Positions 1-6,966 of a DNA stretch of 11,905 bases are shown here, piece after piece; the first letter of the stretch is position 1; each line of letters opens with the position of its first letter. The notes under the pieces are model-generated. The model ran no database searches. It saw only the letters and a program-made list of their open reading frames with translations, and had not been told where the DNA came from. The translations under genes were made by a program, and so were the position numbers. Source of the DNA: Polyangiaceae bacterium. GTDB lineage: Bacteria; Myxococcota_A; Polyangia; Polyangiales; Polyangiaceae. Location: assembly GCA_044376115.1 (NCBI GenBank), contig JBILLK010000059.1:1-11905 (forward strand). The letters run 5' to 3'.

Positions 1-684
1 CTCGTGCAGGACCACCCGAGAGGAGAGCTTGTTGCGCACGCCGGCGATGCCGCCGACCTTCTTCAGGAGCTCGTCGGTGACGAGCGTGAGCCAGTTGGTG
101 TCGCGGATGCCGTGTTTGGCGCGCCAAATGCCATAGTCGATGCGCCAGTCGGCGAGACCTGGGTGGGCCCGACGAGCTGCTTCATGCTCATCCCGGCTTC
201 GGCCCTGGCCGAAAGAAGGTGCTAGGCACCAGCCCCCCACCCCGTAACGCACAAACATTGTTCGACCGACTTCGAGCGACCAGCTCAGGATGTGCTCAGG
301 TTCCTCCTGTTTGGGTAGGTACAAACTCTGGGAGCTCCAGACCGGTGGGTCGCTCTCCTGCGGGTCATTGCCTCGCAGGTTGAGCAATAGCCCCATTCGA
401 GTTTGTCCGTACCAGTCGTAGCCCTGCGAAGGATCCGCGTCGAAGAGCTTGATCTCGTAGACTTTGCGCAGCTGCTGCGCGACGCGGTGTCTCAAGAGCC
501 CGCGAGACTTAGACGTAATCGGGCGCACCGCCGTCGTGTCAACATACCGATTCGGGTAAGCGTCGAAGAAGCGCTCGTACACCGTGGCGATAGCCTCGAG
601 ATCCTTCGTCTCGTCGAAGATGCAATCGAAGCCGAGCAGCACACGCGACTTGCGTAGCTTGTCGAGTCCTTTGAACGGGATCAT
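1..684 (-). CDS. DUF3396-family (TsiV-type) T6SS immunity protein, 3' end beyond the window edge
   Basis: Translated manually; absent from the ORF track because no stop lies in the window. ATG at 684-682 overlaps the effector stop (ATGA). The frame is open for 228 codons to position 1: MIPFKGLDKLRKSRVLLGFDCIFDETKDLEAIATVYERFF...RYGVGGWCLAPSF...AARRAHPGLADWRIDYGIWRAKHGIRDTNWLTLVTDELLKKVGGIAGVRNKLSSRVVLHE. The 'PGL..', 'I..NWLT.....L...GG...R..L' pattern is characteristic of DUF3396, and it lies directly downstream of a VRR-NUC effector. Confidence 0.85.
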   Translation of the reverse strand, partial: MIPFKGLDKLRKSRVLLGFDCIFDETKDLEAIATVYERFFDAYPNRYVDTTAVRPITSKSRGLLRHRVAQQLRKVYEIKLFDADPSQGYDWYGQTRMGLLLNLRGNDPQESDPPVWSSQSLYLPKQEEPEHILSWSLEVGRTMFVRYGVGGWCLAPSFGQGRSRDEHEAARRAHPGLADWRIDYGIWRAKHGIRDTNWLTLVTDELLKKVGGIAGVRNKLSSRVVLHE

Positions 685-1919
685 GCGATGGGCGGTGGTT
701 GAAAGCCCCCGGGGGGCATGATGATGATGATCGGGGGTCCGCGTAGAATGACCGGAATTCTCTGAAGGATGGGAACCGGAATCGGGACCAGAGGCGGCGC
801 CTTCAAGAACTCCTCCAGATCGAAGGGCGCCGGCTGGGGGCTCGGCTCGACAACCGGAGGCTCGAGCGGAACGGGCTCCGGAGGTTTGACCTCAATCTTC
901 TCGGGCTTGCAGATCTCCGGCTTGCGGATCAGCCAATCTTTCGGGACCTTGAACTCATACGGCTTCCTGAAGCGCTTGAGATCGAGCCCAGGGCAGCCAC
1001 ATTTGATTGGGCTAGCTTCCTTGAGCGTCGCCCCCTGGGGTAACAGTTTCTCGTAGGCCTCCTTCTGGCCCTTCCCCCAGTCATCCGGGGGAAACTTGAC
1101 CTCGATGATCTCTTTGATGTTCTCCCGTGTGAGCACCTTCTGGGGATCCCGGGCCACGACCACGTCGGGGCGTTTGGAGCCGGGGAGTACAGGGCCGCCT
1201 CCCGGGCGGGGGATAGGCTCTCCAGCGGGCAGCGTAAGGGGTTTGCCCTTGGCGTCGGTCCAGCGGCTCTTGGCCTTGCTGGGGATGACCTCCCACTCGC
1301 CGGTGGGTTTGCCCTTCGGACCCACGGGCCCGAACGACGGCTCGATGTAGAGGCCGGGGAAGAAGCGCGCGTCCCACACCGTCGTCTCAGGGCCGCCCCA
1401 AAACGGCTTTGCCCGGCTCGGCGACGCAAGTGTCAGCTTGAAGCAGCCCATCTTCATGCGGAGCGCGTGGCAGGTGCAGAGCGTCGCACACACGATGGCG
1501 AAGGCGTTCTCGCTGAAGAGCTTCTGCCACCACTCGATCGGCGGCGTGTTTGCGGGGCTGCCGTGGTTCTGTATCGTGAGGTCGAGCGCGCGTGGCACGG
1601 GCTCGCCCTCGATCAGCACGTCGCAGGAGTAGGTAATCCACGACGCCTTGCCGAGGTTGCAGCCGGATACGATGCCGCCCTCGGTGCCAGGCTCGTCGCC
1701 GCTGGACCGGGCGATGAACGACGACGTCTTGGCGACCCGATGGCCATCGACGAAGACGGTGACGGCGCCGTTCTCGAGATCGGCCGAGACCGCAAGGTTC
1801 ATGTAGGGCACGGGGCTGCCGCTCTTCGGGGTCTTGCACACGTCCGGCGATCCCAGCGCCATCCCCTCGGAGCCGCGGTGGATCACCGTCCTACCGTTGA
1901 CCGAGACAGTGACGGGCAT
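681..1919 (-). CDS. T6SS specialised effector: N-terminal PAAR-like DUF4150 domain + VRR-NUC (PD-(D/E)xK) nuclease, TseV-like, with a Pro-rich C-terminal tail
   Basis: The first ~125 aa carry DUF4150 motifs (PDVCKTP, PVPYMN, SSGDEPGTEGGIVSG, SCDVLIEGEPVPR). The C-terminal half has CxxxCxC...C, then KRPDVVVARDP...NIKEIIEVKFPPD...Q.EAY...CGC, matching the TseV-type VRR-NUC PD...ExK core. The start overlaps the upstream stop (TGATG). Confidence 0.9.
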   Translation of the reverse strand: MPVTVSVNGRTVIHRGSEGMALGSPDVCKTPKSGSPVPYMNLAVSADLENGAVTVFVDGHRVAKTSSFIARSSGDEPGTEGGIVSGCNLGKASWITYSCDVLIEGEPVPRALDLTIQNHGSPANTPPIEWWQKLFSENAFAIVCATLCTCHALRMKMGCFKLTLASPSRAKPFWGGPETTVWDARFFPGLYIEPSFGPVGPKGKPTGEWEVIPSKAKSRWTDAKGKPLTLPAGEPIPRPGGGPVLPGSKRPDVVVARDPQKVLTRENIKEIIEVKFPPDDWGKGQKEAYEKLLPQGATLKEASPIKCGCPGLDLKRFRKPYEFKVPKDWLIRKPEICKPEKIEVKPPEPVPLEPPVVEPSPQPAPFDLEEFLKAPPLVPIPVPILQRIPVILRGPPIIIIMPPGGFQPPPIA

Positions 1920-2452
1920 CAGTTCACCTTCACGGTGGCGCCCTGGAGGGAAGCCACCCCGCTCGAGAGCACGAGCACGTCTCGCCCTCGTAGCGCGATC
2001 CGCCCGTCGGCGCGGAGTTCGATCGAGCTCTCCCCACAGCCGAGCGTGATCGCCCGCTCCCCCTCGATCTCCACGTGCTCACCGGCGAGCGCTCCCGCCT
2101 GAGATCCAGGCTGAGCCACATTCATAGGCGTAGCCCCGATGCGATCGCGCAGCAACGCGAGGAGCACCCAGCCCTCGCCCTCGACGTGGGTCACAACGCC
2201 TCGGCGACGCTCCCGCACCGCCTCGAGCAGGACCTGGTCGCTCACGGCTAGGCCGATGGTGACCTCACGCTCGAGACCCCGCACCAAGACGACGACTCGG
2301 CCCGTCTCGGTGACTGCGTGGAGCGCCGCCGGTACGAGCTCATTCTCGCGTGCGGGGAGTTTGTGAAGCCCTGTGGCCGTGGGAGCCCCAGCCGCAGCGG
2401 CGTCGTGGCCGGACCCCTCGAGCACCTTCCATCGTGCGTTCGATTTCTTCAT
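1919..2452 (-). CDS. DUF6484-like T6SS-associated protein whose C-terminus resembles a VgrG/gp5 beta-spike tip
   Basis: C-terminus VEIEGERAITLGCGESSIELRADGRIALRGRDVLVLSSGVASLQGATVKVN matches the 'L.CG.ssI.L..dG.I...G.......sG.....G..V.iN' pattern of DUF6484/DUF2345-type proteins. GGAG RBS at 2464-2461; lies between vgrG and the PAAR effector. Confidence 0.72.
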   Translation of the reverse strand: MKKSNARWKVLEGSGHDAAAAGAPTATGLHKLPARENELVPAALHAVTETGRVVVLVRGLEREVTIGLAVSDQVLLEAVRERRRGVVTHVEGEGWVLLALLRDRIGATPMNVAQPGSQAGALAGEHVEIEGERAITLGCGESSIELRADGRIALRGRDVLVLSSGVASLQGATVKVN

Positions 2453-2473
2453 GCGCGTTACTCCAACCTTCGC

Positions 2474-4471
2474 TTAGTTCTCCGTGATGACGCCGCCGTC
2501 GACTCGTACGATACCGCCCTTGATGGTGACGGTCCCGCCGCTACGCACCGTTATGACGCCGCTTCCTTCGACCTCGACGACGTCAGCGGTGATGGTCACG
2601 AGTGGAGCCGTTAGGCGGATTGTGCCTCCAGCTGAGAGGCTGATATCCCCCGCTGCGTCGAGGGACGCGTCACCCCCCGAGAGGCGGAACGTCGCGCTCC
2701 CCGTCGTGGCCTGAAAGGTGCCCTCGCTCATCGAGGTCCCCGTCGCGGATCCTCCGATCGCGCTTGTCTGGCGTTCTCCCACTACGCTCTCGTCGAACCG
2801 GCCGATCTCGCTCTTGCGGTCTTGAGCGATCTGACTGCGCTGATCGCGTCCAACCGTCTCGGCATCATCGCGACGAACCACGCGCTCGGCGTCGCGCTGC
2901 GCGTGGATGAAGAGGCGCTCTTCGCCGGCTCGGTCGTCCATCGAGAACTCGTGGAAGCCCGCGCCTCCGGGGGTGCTCGAGGTACGAAGGCCTGACTTCG
3001 TAACGTCGGCCGGTAGCGGAAACGGCCACGGGTGCGTGGCGTTGTAGGTCGCGCCGGTGACGATCGGTCTGTCCGGGTCGCCGCCGAGGAAGGTGACGAG
3101 CACCTCCATCCCTACACGCGGGAGGAACTGCGCGCCCCAACTCACGCCAGCGAGGCTCTGCGCGACGCGCAGCCAGCAGGTGTTCGAGCCGTCGTAGGTC
3201 CCAGCGAGATCCCAGTGGAACTGGACCCGCACGCGCCCGTGAGCATCGACGTGTTGTTCGATACCCGCTGGCCCGACGACGACCCCCGTCTCGGCAACGA
3301 GGACGGGGCGGCGGGCCGGCGCCGGGGGCCGCACGAGGACGGCGGCAGGTACCGCGCCGAAGCGGTTCTGATACGGCGGGGTGTTGGGTGGGCAGGCTGC
3401 GGACGCGTACCCGACGTGGCGTACCCACTCGACTACGTAGGCGCCGTCGAGCGCGGGGTGGGGATGCGCCGCAAGGGTGACCGATCGCCCCGGCGCCAGG
3501 CGCGGGCACACGCTACGCCCTTCGCCGCCGAGGGCGTGGACGCGGTCCTGCTCGAGTCGAACACGTGCATGCTCGTACTCCGGCACGGACTCGTCGCCTT
3601 CGCCCCCGTACGTGTACACGAGCGCGGCCTCCTCCTTCACGTTGAGGCGCTGGGCGTCGATACGCTGGACCTGAGGCCGCTGAAAGTCATATCCGCGGAC
3701 GAGGCGCGCGTTGGTGCCAGGCCGCACCTCCGACGAGAAGTCGATGACAGCATTCTCTGGCAGCTCGAGGCCCGGCGAGACCGCTCCAATCCGCACAAGT
3801 AGCTCGGTCCCACCTTCGAGCGGCGAGTAGTATTGCGCGGTGTCGATCAGAACGAGGACCTCGGACTGCCCAAGACCGGTTTCGTTTGAGTCGCCCGTTG
3901 AGAAAGGGTGCTCGAAGAAGAAGGCGATCCCCACCTCCGCGAGCAGCCGCGTCATGAACTCTCAATCGCTCTCGTGGATCTGGACGCTGTACGCGCGAGT
4001 CGCGTATTGCTCGACGAGCCGCGTGCGGAACACGACCCGATGCTCGGCGAGCAGCGTGGTCACGATCTGCACCACGGTTTGATCTTGAAAAACGCGGCAG
4101 TGCCGTCGCTCCGCGAGCAGGTGGGCGCGCGGCCGCAGCGTTATCCGATGGATGGCCCGATGCCCGACACTCCCGGCCTCGGTGACGACGGCTACGACGA
4201 CGCCGTGGAATACGCGTGTCGACTCCCCGGACTGCTTCACGAGGAGCGCCGGCATGTGCAGTAGCGTGCGATCCGTGGCCAGCTCGTCCCGCGCGTCCAA
4301 GGTGAAGCGGATCTTCACCTCATACAGTGACTGAAACGCTTCCTCCGCCTCGAACGACAGTACCTCCGGCGGCGCGGCGAAGAGCCTGCCGGATACGTGG
4401 AGCGAGAGGCCCACCCCTTCACCCGTGACCGCGCTCCCCGCGCTCATCCGCATCATCGAGCGCCGACTCAT
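2474..4471 (-). pseudogene. vgrG: Type VI secretion tip protein VgrG (TssI), interrupted by one in-frame TGA at codon 170 (3964-3962)
   Basis: ORFs 3962..4471 and 2474..3955 are in the same frame, separated only by GAG TTC. The joined reading YSVQIHESD*EFMTRLLAEVGIAFFFEH matches the VgrG motif YcvQy.ESD..F..RL.eeeGi.yfFeh. Downstream hallmarks are intact: DAHGRVRVQFHWD, CWLRVAQSLAG..WG..FLPRVGMEVLVTFLGGDPDRPIVTG..YN, SGLRTSSTPGG.GFHEFSMDD..GEE.LFIHAQRD, and a beta-helix tail. Confidence 0.9.
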
Positions 4472-5430
4472 GGGCCGCCTCTCCGCGCTCGATCGAGCGC
4501 GCTCTCCAGCTCACGCGCGAACAGGGCGTCGCCCAATGACCTACGGAACATATCTCGACTGATCGCAGCCCAGTCGCGCATCGTCAACCCACTCGCGTCA
4601 AGGAGCGCCGTCGGATCCCAGCCGCGCTCCAGCGTGACGACGACCCGCGCGAATTCGTCGATCGAGAGAGGCCGGAAAGGCGTCGACGGAGCGAGCGGGG
4701 CTCGACTGGGCGCGAGCGTGAAAGGGACGTTAGGCGCGTTCGCGCCAGCAAACCCCGAAAGGGCCACCGTCGGACGCGCCGGTGGTGCAGGCTGGGGGGA
4801 ACTCGGCGCGGGTTCTGCAGGCGCTCCGCGATCGAGCCACAGCGTGCCCGTGTCGACGCGCGCCGCTACAGGAGTCAGTGCGGGAAGCACGGGTGGTGCC
4901 CACGGCCGAGTCTGTTGAAACGGAAGCGCCGTACCCACGACGACCTTCGTGCCGAGGCCAAGCGTGGTGTCCACGTCGACCGCCGGAGGTGCCGCGGGGC
5001 TGGGCGCAGGGCCGGCCGGCCGAAACCACGCAGGGTCGACGGGAAGCGGCCCAGGCATCGTGTCGTCGAGCTCCACTCCCGACGGCGCGACGCGAGAGGG
5101 CGGGATAGGCAGCGAGGATTCAGTCGGTGCCGGCCCAGGTGGAGCTTCCGGCTCCACGCGAGACTCCCCGTCGTTCCGTGAGCAACCGTACGCCTCCGCG
5201 TACGACCTCGAAAACCGCTGGACCTCAGCGAAGGTCGCGCCAACAGCATCTGCCTTCACCACAGGCAGCGAGCCGGCACGATGCATGCCGGCCCACTTCC
5301 CGAGCCAGGCGGCCTCTAACTCCCGCATTTGAGGGCGATGCTCGCGCGGCAATGTAGGTTTCGCAAGCGTTCGTTGTCGAGCTGTCCGTGGTGCTTGGGT
5401 CGCCAGACCTGGGCAAAGCTTGGGGGCCAC
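4468..5430 (-). CDS. Hypothetical Pro/Ala-rich protein with a small helical C-terminal domain; first gene of the T6SS operon (start uncertain: GTG 5430 or ATG 5328)
   Basis: The stop overlaps the vgrG start (ATGA at 4471-4468). A long Pro-rich linker precedes LSIDEFARVVVTLERGWDPTALLDASGLTMRDWAAISRDMFRRSLGDALFARELESAL. From memory, similar tails occur on myxobacterial T6SS-linked proteins (not verified). Confidence 0.6.
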   Translation of the reverse strand: MAPKLCPGLATQAPRTARQRTLAKPTLPREHRPQMRELEAAWLGKWAGMHRAGSLPVVKADAVGATFAEVQRFSRSYAEAYGCSRNDGESRVEPEAPPGPAPTESSLPIPPSRVAPSGVELDDTMPGPLPVDPAWFRPAGPAPSPAAPPAVDVDTTLGLGTKVVVGTALPFQQTRPWAPPVLPALTPVAARVDTGTLWLDRGAPAEPAPSSPQPAPPARPTVALSGFAGANAPNVPFTLAPSRAPLAPSTPFRPLSIDEFARVVVTLERGWDPTALLDASGLTMRDWAAISRDMFRRSLGDALFARELESALDRARRGGP

Positions 5431-5589
5431 CCCAAGGATCTCCAGCTGCTGCGCGCGACCGCTTCTCAGGGCCCGTCGATCATCGTCGGGAAGGTGGGTT
5501 GGTGTGCACTAGAAGGGAGTAATGACCTCGCTGGCGATCGTCGCCGTTCACTTCTAGTAGCTTGTTCGGCTAGGTCCTTGTCCACGCGG

Positions 5590-5604
5590 GCCTTGGTGGT
5601 GCCA
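5590..5604 (-). promoter_or_regulatory. Possible sigma-54 (-24/-12) promoter for the T6SS operon
   Basis: Minus strand reads TGGCACCACCAAGGC: a perfect TGGCAC and GG-N10-GC spacing, but AGGC instead of TTGC at -12. It points toward the minus-strand operon. Confidence 0.25.
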
Positions 5605-5645
5605 GTTTCCGCAGTGGTGGTGGTGGTTGGCCGGCTTCTTAGCTG

Positions 5646-5865
5646 GGTTGAATCCCTTACCAACGAACCGTTCGGTCGCTCGAGAGAGGTTGAAACCCTC
5701 GGCCCTTGATTCACTAGCCCGGGCGCCATGGTTTCAATCAGGCGGTTTCCGTCCGCGCAATCACCAGGGAAGATTTTAACCTTCTCTGCCTAGCAATTCG
5801 GACGACACCATTAGGTTTTAATCAGTTGAACGCTTCTGCAAACCAGCGTTCGCATGATTAAAACC
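5646..5865. repeat. Phased array of six pseudo-palindromic 10-bp repeats (GRTT-NN-AAYC), 42-bp period, unique 32-bp spacers
   Basis: GGTTGAATCC 5646, GGTTGAAACC 5688, GGTTTCAATC 5730, GATTTTAACC 5772, GGTTTTAATC 5814, GATTAAAACC 5856; each starts exactly 42 nt after the previous one. A degenerate in-phase copy AGTTCCAGCC is at 5898. No ORF spans the array. Confidence 0.85.
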
Positions 5866-6036
5866 CTCCGCACGGTTCAACCTGAATTCAACCCCAAAGT
5901 TCCAGCCATCCACCAACAATTTGGTGGCGTTCTGACAGGCCGACGCGGCACCATGGCGTCTTGGGCGGGGGCCCGTGGGTTCATAGGAGACGAACCTGCG
6001 CTCCTCTCGTGTTGACTCAAGGCCATGGAGGAATTG

Positions 6037-6909
6037 ATGAATATCGACATCCCGGAAGATTTTGTCGCCGAGCAATCGTTTGCGCGCGCGTTCAACGCGA
6101 AGAAGGCTGACATCCTCGCACGCGTGGCACAGGACCCACCTGCCCCCACGCTCGACGTGAACACAGCAGCGACCGTGATGCTCACTGTGGCGGCGAACGT
6201 CGAGCCGTTGATGGCGGATATTCAGGCGCAGCTGCCGCTGATCGATATGGCTCTCCTGCGCGACCTAGCCGTGCGTGCCGAGGCTCTGCTGTTCACGCAG
6301 TCGCTTCACAGCTACACCACCGCTTCGACGAACGGGCTCGAAGATGCGGCCAAGCGGCTAGTCGAGGAGCGCCGCATTCTCTCCACGGAACTCTCGCTCG
6401 CCGTCATGCGCGGCGTCCTGCCCGAAGGAGCCGTGAACCTGTCCGGAAGCATCGCCTACCAGGACATGGCGCAAGACGTTCGCGGCATCTGCACCGTATT
6501 GCTCGCGAACTGGGACGCTGTCGGTCCGGCGATCGGCGGTCGAAGGGAGCGCATCACCGAGGTGATGGCGCTCGCGGATCAATTTGTGAAAGACATCGCG
6601 GCTGCAGACCGGATCAAAGACCGCTTGGCCGGCCCTGCTGCGCTGCGAGCTGCAGCCTTCCAGCTAGCGCTCGAGTCCTATCGTGAGATCGACCGCGTCG
6701 TGAGCTTCTTGCGTTTCCACCACGACGACGCTGGCAAGTTTGTGCCGACCATCTATGGCGGTGGCAGGCCCAAGCGCAAGTCCGCCAAGAGCACGACCGA
6801 GGAAGAGGCGGCGCCGACCAATCAGCCGGCTCCTGTTACCTCGGCCGGCACCAGCGGCGCGAACGTGCCAGCCAACAAGGTGACGCCAACCGGCGGATTC
6901 GGCGTCTAA
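6037..6909 (+). CDS. Uncharacterised, predominantly alpha-helical protein with a basic, low-complexity C-terminal tail (track start 6025; ATG 6037 preferred)
   Basis: Long ORF with high-GC codon usage and a GGAGG RBS at 6027-6031, 5 nt before ATG 6037. Amphipathic helices end in LRAAAFQLALESYREIDRVVSFLRFHHDDAGKFVPTIYGGGRPKRK. I recall this pattern from a multi-copy hypothetical family of Polyangiaceae (not verified). Confidence 0.85.
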   Translation: MNIDIPEDFVAEQSFARAFNAKKADILARVAQDPPAPTLDVNTAATVMLTVAANVEPLMADIQAQLPLIDMALLRDLAVRAEALLFTQSLHSYTTASTNGLEDAAKRLVEERRILSTELSLAVMRGVLPEGAVNLSGSIAYQDMAQDVRGICTVLLANWDAVGPAIGGRRERITEVMALADQFVKDIAAADRIKDRLAGPAALRAAAFQLALESYREIDRVVSFLRFHHDDAGKFVPTIYGGGRPKRKSAKSTTEEEAAPTNQPAPVTSAGTSGANVPANKVTPTGGFGV

Positions 6910-6966
6910 CAGCCGCACTTCCACCGCAACGGCCGCAGGCCCCAACGAACCTGGACTTGGCATAGC

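Noticed and set aside
3962..3964. TGA as selenocysteine or an alternative genetic code
   Set aside because: The position is not a conserved Cys in VgrG, there is no convincing SECIS, and TGA is a genuine stop for neighbouring genes (ATGA/TGATG overlaps at 681, 1919, 4468).
5614..5627. (GTG)n microsatellite
   Set aside because: Only 4-5 units in GC-rich DNA and not in a supported CDS.
5466..5729. 87-aa minus-strand ORF (and 5329..5709 plus) as a 14-aa coding repeat explaining the 42-bp period
   Set aside because: Continuing those frames through the array meets stops (minus TAA 5813-5811 and TGA 5879-5877; plus TGA 5707, TAG 5791, TAG 5812), and spacer-encoded residues are not conserved.
5646..5865. 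Canonical CRISPR array
   Set aside because: Repeats are only 10 bp, degenerate and alternate in orientation, and no cas gene is in the window; reported as an unclassified array instead.
6904..6966. Integron attC site after the helical-protein gene (GTCTAAC fits RYYYAAC)
   Set aside because: No complementary GTTRRRY box or long palindrome in the intergenic gap; the tandem cassettes further right have no intergenic space for attC either.
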